Positions 39,157 through 48,735 of a DNA stretch of 61,470 nucleotides are shown here, in pieces; positions within the stretch are counted from its first letter, which is position 1; each line of letters begins with the position of its first letter. The translations under genes were made by a program, and so were the position numbers. The notes beneath the pieces were generated by a model. The model was given only the letters and a program-made list of their open reading frames with translations, was not told the DNA's origin and made no database searches. Where the stretch lies: positions 1-61,470 of the forward strand of contig JAFZMK010000085.1 of assembly GCA_017553285.1 (NCBI GenBank), in the 5' to 3' direction. This DNA comes from Rhodocyclaceae bacterium (GTDB lineage: Bacteria > Pseudomonadota > Gammaproteobacteria > Burkholderiales > Rhodocyclaceae).

Positions 39157-40702
39157 ATACCCGGCGAAAATCGCGCAACCGAAAACCCAGCGCAAACAGC
39201 GCGGCAAAATACACACCGATACCGGCGGGCACCAGCCAGCACAGATGCACAATGCGCTGGCGCGTGGGCGCGACAAGCCAGTCGCTGGTCTCGCCCGCGC
39301 CCCAGACGAGCACGGCGGCCAGCGCCACCAGCGCCAGCGCGATGCGCAGCAAAAACACGCGCCAGCCCGTCTGCGGCGTGTAATCGCCCCGCCGCAGCAG
39401 CCCGCGCGCCAGCAAGGAAGCGTTGAGAAGCGAAGCCAGCCCGATGGATAGCGCCAGCCCGGCGTGCGCGGGCAGCCCCAAACGTGGCAGACCAAAGACG
39501 AAGATGGCGTTCATCGCCTGCGTGGCGCACAGCGAAATGATGGCAAAGCGCGTAGGCGTGCGAATATCTTGCCGGGCGTAAAAGCCGGGGGCGAGGATTT
39601 TCACCGCAATCAGCCCCGGCAGCCCGAAACTGTACGCAATCAGCGCCGCGTGGGTTTGCCGCACATCCTCACCGCTGAAGGCACCGTGTTGAAACAGCGT
39701 GCTCAACAGCGGCGCGCCCAGCAGCGCCAGCGCCAGCGCCGCAGGCAGCGTGAGCAGCAGCGCCAGGCGCAAGCCGTGGTCGAGCAGGCGGGAAAAGCCG
39801 CTTGCGTCGCCGTCGGCATGGCGTTTTGCCAGACCGGGCAGCAAGATGGTGCCCAATGCCGCGCCCAAAAGTCCGGCGGGAAATTCCATCAGGCGGTCGG
39901 CGTAATACAGCCACGACACACTGCCGTTTTGCAGGAAGGACGCGAACACGGTATTGATGACCAGCGAAATTTGCGCCACCGAAACGCCCAACATCGCCGG
40001 TAGCATCAGTTTGCCGATGCGGCGCACGGCAGCATCGGCGGGCGCGAAGTCAAAGCGCGGCAGCAGCCCCATTTTTACCAGCGGCCAGAATTGCACGAGT
40101 AATTGCAGCACACCGCCGAGCAACACCGCCCACGCCAGCGCCCGCACGGGTTCGTCAAAATACGGCGCGGCAAACAGCGACATGCCGATGAAAGCGATAT
40201 TGAGCAGCGCCGGGGTGAAGGCGGGGATGGCAAAGCGGCTCCACGTATTGAGAATGCCGCCAGCCAGCGCCACCAGCGACATGAAGAAAATGTAGGGAAA
40301 GGTGATGCGGGTCAGCGATACCGTCAGCGCGAATTTGTCGGCCTCATCGGCAAAGCCCGGCGCGGTCAGCCAGATGATGGCGGGTGTGGCCACCATGCCC
40401 AGAATGGAAATGGCCAGCACCACCAGCCCTAGCAAGGTTGCCACGCGGCTGATTAAGGTGCGGGTTTCTTCGGGCGATTGCTGGCGCTGGTATTCGGCAA
40501 GAATCGGCACGAATGCCTGTGAAAACGCGCCCTCGGCAAACATGCGGCGCAGCAGGTTGGGCAGGCGGAAGGCGACGAAAAAAGCGTCCGTCGCCATGCC
40601 CGCGCCGAAGCTGCGGGCGATTACCCAATCGCGCACAAAGCCCAGCACGCGCGACACCAGCGTCAAACTGCTCACCGTGCCCAGAGCACGCAAAAGATTC
40701 AT
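39155..40702 (-). CDS. murJ: Lipid II flippase MurJ (MviN)
   Basis: ATG at 40702. MNLLRALGTVSSLTLVSRVLGFVRDWVIARSFGAGMATDAFFVAFRLPNLLRRMFAEGAFSQAFVP. Confidence 0.93.
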   Translation of the reverse strand: MNLLRALGTVSSLTLVSRVLGFVRDWVIARSFGAGMATDAFFVAFRLPNLLRRMFAEGAFSQAFVPILAEYQRQQSPEETRTLISRVATLLGLVVLAISILGMVATPAIIWLTAPGFADEADKFALTVSLTRITFPYIFFMSLVALAGGILNTWSRFAIPAFTPALLNIAFIGMSLFAAPYFDEPVRALAWAVLLGGVLQLLVQFWPLVKMGLLPRFDFAPADAAVRRIGKLMLPAMLGVSVAQISLVINTVFASFLQNGSVSWLYYADRLMEFPAGLLGAALGTILLPGLAKRHADGDASGFSRLLDHGLRLALLLTLPAALALALLGAPLLSTLFQHGAFSGEDVRQTHAALIAYSFGLPGLIAVKILAPGFYARQDIRTPTRFAIISLCATQAMNAIFVFGLPRLGLPAHAGLALSIGLASLLNASLLARGLLRRGDYTPQTGWRVFLLRIALALVALAAVLVWGAGETSDWLVAPTRQRIVHLCWLVPAGIGVYFAALFALGFRLRDFRRV

Positions 40703-40869
40703 GGCAAAACCGCGTTCCAGATTGGTCGGGAAGGAAAGTCGGCAATGATAAACCAGTGCGCTCTTGCTACGCGGCTGCGCAACATGCCACAGTGCGGCGC
40801 GCGGAAATTTGCCCGCACGCGCGCGGGCGGCTAAGATGCGCAATTCACTTTTTAGCTGGAGAAACCGAG

Positions 40870-42156
40870 ATGTCTGCCCGAACGGTGCCTGAAAAAAACC
40901 CGCAGCAAAGCGGCGGCGGCGCGCGCGCGCGGACGGTGAAAAAATCCCGCAAGCTCGACCACGTCTGTTATGACATTCGCGGCCCCGTGCTGGCGCGTGC
41001 GCGCCAACTGGAAGAAGACGGTCATCAAATCATCAAGCTGAACATCGGCAATCTGGCCACCTTCGGCTTTGACGCGCCGGAAGAAATCCAGCGCGACATG
41101 ATTCGCAACCTGCCCGCCTCGGCAGGCTATTCTGATTCCAAAGGCATTTTTTCCGCGCGCAAGGCGGTGATGCACTACACGCAGGAAAAGCGCATCAAGG
41201 GCGTGGATATTGAAGACATCTATCTGGGCAACGGCGTTTCCGAACTCATCGTGATGGCGATGAACGCGCTGCTGGACGCGGGCGACGAAGTGCTCGTTCC
41301 GGCGCCGGATTACCCGCTGTGGACGGCGGCGGTGAGCCTCTCAGGCGGCACGCCGGTGCATTATCTGTGTGACGAGGCACGCGGCTGGCTGCCCGACCTT
41401 GCCGACATGCGCGCGAAAATCACGCCCAACACGCGCGCCATCGTGGTCATCAACCCCAATAACCCGACCGGCGCGCTCTATCCGGATGAAACCCTGCTGG
41501 GCATCATCGCGCTGGCGCGTGAATTTGGTCTCATCGTCTATTCGGACGAGGTCTATGACAAAGTGCTCTACGATGGCGCGCAGCACACCTCGATGGCGGC
41601 GCTCTCGGAAGACGTGCTCACCGTGATTTTCAACGGTCTGTCGAAAAACTACCGCTCCTGCGGCTATCGCGCGGGCTGGATGGTGGTGTGCGGCGACAAA
41701 CGCGGCGCGCAAGACTATATCGAAGGGCTGGACATGCTCTCGTCCATGCGGCTGTGCGCCAACGTGCCTGGGCAATACGCCATCCAGACGGCGCTGGGCG
41801 GCTATCAGAGCATTCACGACCTCGTCGGCGAAGGTGGGCGGCTGCGCCGCCAGCGCGATCTGGCGTGGGAGCTGATTACCGCCATTCCGGGCGTCTCCTG
41901 CGTGCGCCCGCAAGGCACGTTATACATGTTCCCCCGGCTGGACCCCGCCGTCTATCCGATTCAGGACGACCAGCAATTCATCTCGCGCCTGCTCGAAGCC
42001 GAGCGCGTGCTGCTGGTGCAGGGCACGGGCTTCAACTGGGTCAAGCCGGACCACTTCCGGCTGGTGTTTTTGCCGCACGAAGACGACCTGCGCGAAGCCA
42101 TTGGCCGCATCGCCCGTTTCCTCGAAGGCTGCCGCCGCGAAGCCGGCACGGCCTGA
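40870..42156 (+). CDS. alaA: PLP-dependent class I aminotransferase, AlaA-like
   Basis: ATG at 40870. YDIRGPV...A..LE..G..I.KLNIGN...FGF..P......YSDSKG...INPNNPTGA...NGLSKNYRSCGYRAGW. Confidence 0.8.
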   Translation: MSARTVPEKNPQQSGGGARARTVKKSRKLDHVCYDIRGPVLARARQLEEDGHQIIKLNIGNLATFGFDAPEEIQRDMIRNLPASAGYSDSKGIFSARKAVMHYTQEKRIKGVDIEDIYLGNGVSELIVMAMNALLDAGDEVLVPAPDYPLWTAAVSLSGGTPVHYLCDEARGWLPDLADMRAKITPNTRAIVVINPNNPTGALYPDETLLGIIALAREFGLIVYSDEVYDKVLYDGAQHTSMAALSEDVLTVIFNGLSKNYRSCGYRAGWMVVCGDKRGAQDYIEGLDMLSSMRLCANVPGQYAIQTALGGYQSIHDLVGEGGRLRRQRDLAWELITAIPGVSCVRPQGTLYMFPRLDPAVYPIQDDQQFISRLLEAERVLLVQGTGFNWVKPDHFRLVFLPHEDDLREAIGRIARFLEGCRREAGTA

Positions 42157-42198
42157 GTATTCTCTTTTCACCTAACCATTGATTGAACTGCAAACATC

Positions 42199-43506
42199 AT
42201 GAAAGCAATCCAGGCAGCCCTGCTGGGCATCGGTACCGTCGGAGGCGGCACCTTTGAAGTATTGAACCGCAACAGCGAAGAAATCACCCGCCGCGCCGGG
42301 CGTCCTATCCGCATCGTCACGGTGGCGGACCGCAATCTCGAACACGCCCGCAAAGTCGTGCGCGAGCGCGCGCAGATTATTGATGATGCCTTCGCCGCCA
42401 CCCAAGACCCGCAAATCGATATCGTCATCGAACTGATTGGCGGCACCACCGTGGCGCGCGACCTGGTGCTCTCCGCCATCGAGCACGGCAAGCACGTCGT
42501 CACCGCCAACAAGGCGCTGCTTGCCAAGCACGGCAACGAAATTTTCGCCGCCGCGCAAAAGAAAGGCGTGATGGTCGCCTTTGAAGCCGCTGTCGCCGGT
42601 GGCATTCCGGTCATCAAGGCGCTGCGCGAAGGCTTGTCTGCCAACCGCATCCAGTGGATTGCCGGGATTATCAACGGCACCACCAATTTCATCCTCAGCG
42701 AAATGCGCGACAAGGGCTTGTCGTTTGCCGACGCGCTCAAGCAAGCGCAAGAACTCGGCTACGCCGAAGCCGACCCGACCTTCGACATCGAAGGCGTCGA
42801 TGCCGCGCACAAAGCCACCATCATGAGCGCCATCGCCTTCGGCGTGCCGATGCAATTTGAGCGCGCGCACATTGAAGGCATCTCGCAGCTCCAATCCATT
42901 GACATCACCTATGCCGAACAACTCGGCTACCGCATCAAGCTGCTGGGCATCACCAAAAAGCGCGAACAAGGCATTGAGCTGCGCGTGCATCCCACGCTGG
43001 TCGAAGCCGGTCAGCTTCTGTCCAACGTCGAAGGTGCCATGAACGCCGTCCTCGTGCAGGCAGACGCGGTGGGCAAAACGCTCTACTACGGTGCCGGTGC
43101 CGGGGCGGAACCGACCGCCAGCGCGGTGATTGCCGATTTGGTCGACGTCACCCGCCTGCACACCTCTGACCCCGAACACCGCGTGCCGCATCTCGCCTTC
43201 CAGCCCGAAGAAGTGCGCGAACTGCCGGTGTTGCCGATTGAAGAAACCGTCTCCCGCTACTACCTGCGCCTGAGCGTCTCGGATGAAGCCGGCGTGCTCG
43301 CCAGCATTGCCCGCATTCTTGCCGAACAAGGCATCTCCATTCACGGCATCCGCCAGCTTGCCGCCCCGGCGGGCGCGACCTGCACCGATGTCATCGTGCT
43401 CACGCACGAGACGGTCGAAAAACAGGTCAACGCCGCGCTTGCCGCCATTGAGGCGCTGCCGGCGGTGCATGGTGCCGCCGTGCGCCTGCGCGTTGAACAT
43501 CTGTAA
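42199..43506 (+). CDS. hom: Homoserine dehydrogenase
   Basis: LLGIGTVGGG...TANKAL...FEAAVAGGIPVI...NGTTNFIL..M, with a C-terminal ACT-like region. Confidence 0.93.
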   Translation: MKAIQAALLGIGTVGGGTFEVLNRNSEEITRRAGRPIRIVTVADRNLEHARKVVRERAQIIDDAFAATQDPQIDIVIELIGGTTVARDLVLSAIEHGKHVVTANKALLAKHGNEIFAAAQKKGVMVAFEAAVAGGIPVIKALREGLSANRIQWIAGIINGTTNFILSEMRDKGLSFADALKQAQELGYAEADPTFDIEGVDAAHKATIMSAIAFGVPMQFERAHIEGISQLQSIDITYAEQLGYRIKLLGITKKREQGIELRVHPTLVEAGQLLSNVEGAMNAVLVQADAVGKTLYYGAGAGAEPTASAVIADLVDVTRLHTSDPEHRVPHLAFQPEEVRELPVLPIEETVSRYYLRLSVSDEAGVLASIARILAEQGISIHGIRQLAAPAGATCTDVIVLTHETVEKQVNAALAAIEALPAVHGAAVRLRVEHL

Positions 43507-43533
43507 CCTGTCTCTGTCTGCGAGGACTTGCCC

Positions 43534-44973
43534 GTGCGTTACCTTTCCACTCGCGGCGATGCTGGCCGCCCCGGTTTTTGCGACATCCTGCTGGGCGGCC
43601 TGGCGCCCGATGGCGGTCTGTACCTGCCCGAAACCTACCCGCAGATTGACGCCCAAACGCTCGACGGCTGGCGCACGCTGCCCTATCACGAACTGGCGTA
43701 TGAAGTGCTGCGCCGCCTCATTGACGACATTCCCAGTGATGACCTGCGCGCGCTGTGCGCCCGCACCTGGCGGCCCGAAGTCTATTGCCACGTGCGCGAA
43801 GGCGCGCGCGCGCAAGACATCACGCCCGTCACCTGGCTGGAACGCGGCAAGCTCGCGCTGCTGGAACTGTCCAACGGCCCCACGCTCGCCTTCAAGGACA
43901 TGGCGATGCAATTCCTCGGCCACGTCTTTGAATACGAACTCGCCCGCCGTGGGCAAACGCTCAACATTCTCGGCGCCACCTCTGGCGACACCGGCTCGGC
44001 AGCCGAATACGCCCTGCGCGGCAAGCGCGGCGTGCGCGTCTTCATGCTCTCGCCGCACGGCAAGATGAGCGCCTTCCAGCGCGCGCAAATGTATTCGCTC
44101 ACCGACGAGAACATCTTCAACATCGCCATCACCGGCCTCTTTGACCAGGCGCAGGACGTGGTCAAGGCGGTTTCGGCAGACGCCAGCTTCAAGGCGCGCC
44201 ACCGCATCGGCGCCGTCAACTCCATCAACTGGGCGCGCATTGCCGCGCAAGTGGTCTACTACTTCAAAGGCTACCTTGCCGCCACCGAAAACAGCCGCCA
44301 GCAAGTCGCCTTCTGCGTGCCTTCGGGCAATTTCGGTAACGTCTGCGCCGGGCACATTGCCCGCCAGATGGGCTTGCCCGTGGCACGGCTGATTGTTGCC
44401 ACCAACGAAAACGACGTGCTCGACGAATTTTTCCGCACCGGGCGCTACCGCCCGCGCGCCCCCGAAGACACCTTCGTCACTTCCAGCCCCTCGATGGACA
44501 TCTCCAAAGCCTCCAACTTCGAGCGTTTTGTTTTTGACCTCGTCGGGCGCGACGCGCTCGCGCTGAAACGGCTGTGGGGCAACGGGCAGGGGTTTGACCT
44601 TGCCGGCACACCCGAATTTACCCGTGTCGCGCAAGACTTCGCCTTCGCCTCCGGTGCCAGCAGCCACGCCCTGCGGCTAAAAACCATCCGCCGCATCTGC
44701 GAGCAATACAACGTCCTCATCGACCCGCACACCGCTGATGCCATGCACGTCGCCCTGCAACAGCGCGACACGCTGCCGCCTGATGTGCCGCTGCTGGTGC
44801 TGGAAACCGCGCAACCGGTGAAGTTCGCCGACACCCTGCGCGAAGCCCTCGGCGACGCCCCCCCGCCGCCCGAAGATATGCGCGACCTCGAAACCCGCCC
44901 GCAAAAAGTCGCCGTCCTCGCCCCGGACGCCGAAGTGGTCAAAGAATACATCGCGCAGCGCGACGTAGAGTAA
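43534..44973 (+). CDS. thrC: Threonine synthase
   Basis: GTG at 43534 gives M-RYLSTRGD, 6 nt after GAGGAC. The track start at 43528 is a TTG. LELSNGPTLAFKDMAMQ PLP-lysine motif. Confidence 0.9.
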   Translation: MRYLSTRGDAGRPGFCDILLGGLAPDGGLYLPETYPQIDAQTLDGWRTLPYHELAYEVLRRLIDDIPSDDLRALCARTWRPEVYCHVREGARAQDITPVTWLERGKLALLELSNGPTLAFKDMAMQFLGHVFEYELARRGQTLNILGATSGDTGSAAEYALRGKRGVRVFMLSPHGKMSAFQRAQMYSLTDENIFNIAITGLFDQAQDVVKAVSADASFKARHRIGAVNSINWARIAAQVVYYFKGYLAATENSRQQVAFCVPSGNFGNVCAGHIARQMGLPVARLIVATNENDVLDEFFRTGRYRPRAPEDTFVTSSPSMDISKASNFERFVFDLVGRDALALKRLWGNGQGFDLAGTPEFTRVAQDFAFASGASSHALRLKTIRRICEQYNVLIDPHTADAMHVALQQRDTLPPDVPLLVLETAQPVKFADTLREALGDAPPPPEDMRDLETRPQKVAVLAPDAEVVKEYIAQRDVE

Positions 44974-45616
44974 CGCCCCGCACCCCCGCCGCATCCCCCG
45001 CCCGCGCCGCTCTGCGCCCCGCCCCGGCACCCAGCAGGGCGTGCAGCAAAATGCCGATGGTGCTGCCGTTGTGCAGCATCGAGGTGCTCACCGGTCGCAA
45101 CCAGCCAAAGGCGGCAGCGGTGAGGATGGCGGAATTGAGTCCAACGGTAAGCCGGAAATTGTTGTTCACCCGCCGACGATTGCCCTGCGCCAGCGCGCGG
45201 GCATCGGCCACACGGGCGATGTCGTCTTCCAGCAAGGCAATGTCAGAGGCCATGCGGGCAATCTGCGCGCCACGGTGCATGGAAATGCCTACATGCGCGC
45301 AACTCAAGGCGGGCGCGTCATTGACGCCATCGCCCACAAAGGCCACGCGCGCGCCCGCAGCGCGCATCTGTTCCAGAATGGCGGCCTTGTCTTCGGGCAG
45401 CACGTCGGCATAAAACGCATCCAGCCCGAGCTGGCGCGCCAGCGGGTGAAAGTAATGTTCTTCTACCGAGGCAGCCAGGTTCAGCAAGTCTTCGGGGCAG
45501 TAGCCCGGCGCCAGCGCCACGGAATCGGTGACTTCCAGCTTGCCGTGCGTGAGTGTGCCGGTTTTGTCAAACACAAAGGTATCGGCCTCGGCGAGACGTT
45601 CCAGCGCCTGCGCGCG
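44939..45616 (-). pseudogene. Remnant of a P-type (P1B-like) cation ATPase: N-terminally truncated and internally deleted
   Basis: Reads RAQALERLAEADTFVFDKTGTLT...HPLARQLGLDAFYADVLPEDKA...GDGVNDAPAL...LHNGSTIG. An in-frame TGA lies at 45617-45619. There are no actuator or TM domains upstream. No TGD motif lies between HPLA and LPEDK. Confidence 0.65.
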
Positions 45617-45624
45617 TCAGGGCG

Positions 45625-45649
45625 AAAAAAACCCCCGCGGGTGCGGGGG
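45625..45649 (-). terminator. Rho-independent terminator downstream of phaC
   Basis: cccccgc / gcggggg stem with loop gggt. On the minus strand it is followed by T7 (A7 at 45625-45631 on plus). Confidence 0.8.
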
Positions 45650-45678
45650 TTTCGTGGCGGGGTGGTGTTACACCGAAA

Positions 45679-47442
45679 TCAGGGTTCGATGACGTATTTG
45701 CCGGGGGCGGGGACGATTTCGGGGTATTTGGCGGTGGCCGCCGGGCGGGCGGCGACCATGGCGCCAGCTTTGGGTTTGAGCCACGCCATCCAGTCTTCCC
45801 ACCAACTGCCGGCGACGACTTCGGTGCCTTGCTGCCAGTGTTCGGCGTCAATGACCGTGTCGACGTTGGAGGCGCGGTAGGTGCGCTTGGGAGGGGTGAC
45901 CGGGGGGTTGAGAATGCCGAGGATGTGACCGGAGCTGGAGAGCACAAAGCGACGGTCGGTATTGAGGTGGTTCATGGTGCGGAAGACTTGTTTCCACGGG
46001 GCGATGTGGTCGTCTTCGGTGGCAACACTGTAGAGCGGTTGGGTGATGTTGCCGAGGTTGATGGGTTCGCCGGCGATGGTCAGGGCGTTGGGCTGGATGA
46101 GGCGGTTGTGCAGGTAGAGTTCGCGCAAATACCATTTGTGCATGGCGGCAGGCATCCGGGTGCAGTCCATGTTCCAGTAGAGGACGTCAAACGGCATGGG
46201 GGTCTCGCCATACAGCCAGCCATGCACGACGTAGTGCCAGATGAGGCTGTTGGAGCGCAGCAGACGGAAGGTGACGGCCATGTCTTTGCCGTCCAGATAG
46301 CCGTCGGCGTCCATTTTGCGGCAGAGGTAGTTGATGGAGGATTCGTCGATGAAGACTTCGATGTCGCCGGGGGCGGAGAAGTCGGTGAGGGTGGTAAACA
46401 GCGTCCAGCTTGCGACCGGCTGGTCTTTGGGGCTGAATTTGCTGTTGATCCACGCCATGTAGGCGGTCAGCGCGGTGCCGCCAATGCAGTAGGCGGCGGC
46501 ATGGACTTGCTTGGCACCGGTGAATTGACGGGCGGTCTGGACGATGAAGTCGATGCCGTCGGTGAGGTAGGAATCAAACGTGGTGGCGCGCATGGAGGCA
46601 TCGGGGTTGCGCCAACTGGTGATGAAGACGTCAAAGCCCTGGTTGAGCAGCCAGGCGACCATGCTGCGCTTGGGCGTCATGTCCAGCACGTAGAATTTGT
46701 TGATCCAGGGGGTGACGATGACGATGGGTTCGGAGTGTACTTCTTTGCTGGTGGGGGCGTAGTGGATGACTTCCAGCAGCTTGTTGCGGGCAACGACCGA
46801 GCCGGGGGTGGTGGCGAGGTTTTCGCCGACCTTGAATTTGCTCAGGTCGGTCATGCGCACGTTGCCGACTTCGGCATCGGTGAGGAATTGCTTGAAGCCG
46901 TTGATCAGGCTGACACCGTGACTTTCCATCGCCAGGCGCAGGGCGACCGGGTTGGTAAACAGGAAGTTGGTGGGGGCGACCATGTTGAGCCATTTGCGCC
47001 ACCAGAAGGCGGCTTTGCGGCGCTCGGCATCCGAGATGCCGGGCGTGGCGTAGAGCATGTCTTGCAGGGTGTGGGTGTAGGCGAGATAGACCTCTTTGAC
47101 CAGGTCCCAGCCGGCAGCTTCGGTCCAGACCGGGTCGGCAAAGCGGTTGTCATCGGGGTGCGGGCGAACCGGGTCTTCGCTGGGCAGACCCATCATCCGC
47201 GAGCAGAAGTGCTGTTGCAGACGCCAGATTTCGGAGTTGAGCAGGGCGACGTAACGGGACAGCTCTTGCGGGTGCATGAGCCAGGCGGTGAAGGCGTGGG
47301 CAATCGGCATGCTCATGCCGATGGGGTCAAGCGAGGTGCCCATGTCGCGCGGCCAGTCGGTGATTTCGCGCCAGAGTTCCAGTCCGTGGGCGGCCAGTTG
47401 GGCGTTTTTGTGTGAGAGACTGTCGAGGGCGGGCATTTCCAT
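45679..47442 (-). CDS. phaC: Class I poly(3-hydroxyalkanoate) synthase
   Basis: Lipase-box-like AAYCIGGTAL. Also FDVFITSWRNPD and NYLCRKMDADGYLDG. ATG at 47442 lies 8 nt after GGAG (the track start at 47457 is a TTG). Confidence 0.9.
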   Translation of the reverse strand: MEMPALDSLSHKNAQLAAHGLELWREITDWPRDMGTSLDPIGMSMPIAHAFTAWLMHPQELSRYVALLNSEIWRLQQHFCSRMMGLPSEDPVRPHPDDNRFADPVWTEAAGWDLVKEVYLAYTHTLQDMLYATPGISDAERRKAAFWWRKWLNMVAPTNFLFTNPVALRLAMESHGVSLINGFKQFLTDAEVGNVRMTDLSKFKVGENLATTPGSVVARNKLLEVIHYAPTSKEVHSEPIVIVTPWINKFYVLDMTPKRSMVAWLLNQGFDVFITSWRNPDASMRATTFDSYLTDGIDFIVQTARQFTGAKQVHAAAYCIGGTALTAYMAWINSKFSPKDQPVASWTLFTTLTDFSAPGDIEVFIDESSINYLCRKMDADGYLDGKDMAVTFRLLRSNSLIWHYVVHGWLYGETPMPFDVLYWNMDCTRMPAAMHKWYLRELYLHNRLIQPNALTIAGEPINLGNITQPLYSVATEDDHIAPWKQVFRTMNHLNTDRRFVLSSSGHILGILNPPVTPPKRTYRASNVDTVIDAEHWQQGTEVVAGSWWEDWMAWLKPKAGAMVAARPAATAKYPEIVPAPGKYVIEP

Positions 47443-47466
47443 AACTACAAGCTCCAAGCGGTGAAG

Positions 47467-47560
47467 GTAAAAGTGACGTTTTTACCCCTTCCCCGGCAGC
47501 TTGCGCGGATTATTTCAAATTGTGTTGATTTTAGATAAAAGATTGTGTGTCCGCGCTGGT
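47467..47560 (-). promoter_or_regulatory. AT-rich leader/promoter region of phaC with a direct repeat and a small hairpin
   Basis: ATTGTGT occurs at 47519-47525 and 47542-47548, 23 bp apart, within the only markedly AT-rich patch nearby. ggtaaaa/ttttacc inverted repeat at 47467-47487. No factor is assigned. Confidence 0.3.
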
Positions 47561-47568
47561 GCAGAAAG

Positions 47569-48660
47569 TCAGCGCAGCGCCCCGGGCGGCGGCAGGGCGG
47601 CGAGGTAGTCGGGGGTTTCCAGACTGCGCACCCATTCGCGCCAGAAGGCGACCAGCAGCGCCATCAGTACGGGGCCGATGAAGAGGCCGACTACGCCCAG
47701 CGTCTGTACGCCGCCGACCAGCCCGAAAAAGGTGGGCAGGAAAGGCAGTTTGACCGGGCCGCCGACCAGACGCGGGCGCAAGGTTTTGTCGACGATGAAT
47801 AGTTCGCAGGTGCCCCAGGCGAATAAACCAATGCCGGCACCCACTTTGCCCGCGCCGATGAGGTAGAGCGAAACCAGCGTGAAGGAAAGCGGTGCGCCGC
47901 CCGGTATCATTGCCATGAAGGCGGTGGCGGCACCAAGCAGGATGGGCGAGGGCACACCGGCAATCCAGTAGGCGGTGCCCAGCACAACGCCTTCGCCGAC
48001 CGCAATCAAGCCCATGCCGGCGACGGTGGCGCTGACCGTGGCGGGGATGACGCGCGAAAAACGCTGCCAGTGCGTGGGCAGCAGACGTTCGCCAACGCGG
48101 TCAATCTGGCGCACCAGCGCAGCCCCGTCTTTGTAGACGAAAAACAGCGTGATGAGCATGAACAGCAGCGAGAGGGCGATGCTGACAAAGCGGCTGGTGG
48201 CGGTGAGCACGGTGCGGTAGATGTTGCCGATGTGCTCGCCACTGATGATTTCAAACCATTGCGCCAGCGCTTGCGGCTCGCCCAGATGTTCGTCCCAGTA
48301 ATTGGCCAGATGGCTGCCGACGCCGGGCAGCGAGGCAATCCATTCGGGGGCGGTGCTGCCGTAGGTGTTGGCATGTTGCAGCCAGAGGATGAAACTTTGC
48401 GCTTCGCTGAGCGCAAAGAGCAGGGCGATGCCCAGCGGCAAGATGATGGCGAGAACGACGACCAGCAGCGCAATGCTGGCTGCCAGCGCCGTGCGCCCCG
48501 AGCAGCGGCGCTGCAGGCGGCGATACAGCGGCCAACTGGCAAAGCCGATAATCAGCGCGGCGAGGACGGGAACCAGAAAACGGTGAAAGAAAAAAACCGC
48601 AGCCGCAAAAATGAGCAGCAGCAAAACCCGCAGGACGAAAGATGATTGCAGCAGGGGCAT
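47569..48660 (-). CDS. AI-2E family transporter (PerM/UPF0118)
   Basis: Polytopic membrane protein. The end ...GGAPLSFTLVSLYL...FIVDKTLRPRLVGGPVKLPFLPTFFGLVGGVQTLGVVGLFIGPVL is typical of the family. Confidence 0.8.
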   Translation of the reverse strand: MPLLQSSFVLRVLLLLIFAAAVFFFHRFLVPVLAALIIGFASWPLYRRLQRRCSGRTALAASIALLVVVLAIILPLGIALLFALSEAQSFILWLQHANTYGSTAPEWIASLPGVGSHLANYWDEHLGEPQALAQWFEIISGEHIGNIYRTVLTATSRFVSIALSLLFMLITLFFVYKDGAALVRQIDRVGERLLPTHWQRFSRVIPATVSATVAGMGLIAVGEGVVLGTAYWIAGVPSPILLGAATAFMAMIPGGAPLSFTLVSLYLIGAGKVGAGIGLFAWGTCELFIVDKTLRPRLVGGPVKLPFLPTFFGLVGGVQTLGVVGLFIGPVLMALLVAFWREWVRSLETPDYLAALPPPGALR

Positions 48661-48735
48661 GGGTGGTGAGGCGGCGGCGGTGTTCAGAACAGGCGAGGGC
48701 GAATCATATCACTGGCGTTTTTGCGGCTGGCGGCT

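Noticed and set aside
42172-44667. 831-aa minus-strand ORF opposite hom and thrC. Similar cases are 27077..29461 (+) opposite pheA/serC, 45553..47415 (+) opposite phaC, 32887..34938 (-) opposite ubiG/lemA/cobS, and 29124..30611 and 30804..32117 (+) opposite gyrA.
   Set aside because: All are antisense to strongly conserved housekeeping genes and have low-complexity Gly/Ala/Arg/Val composition. They are not supported as genes.
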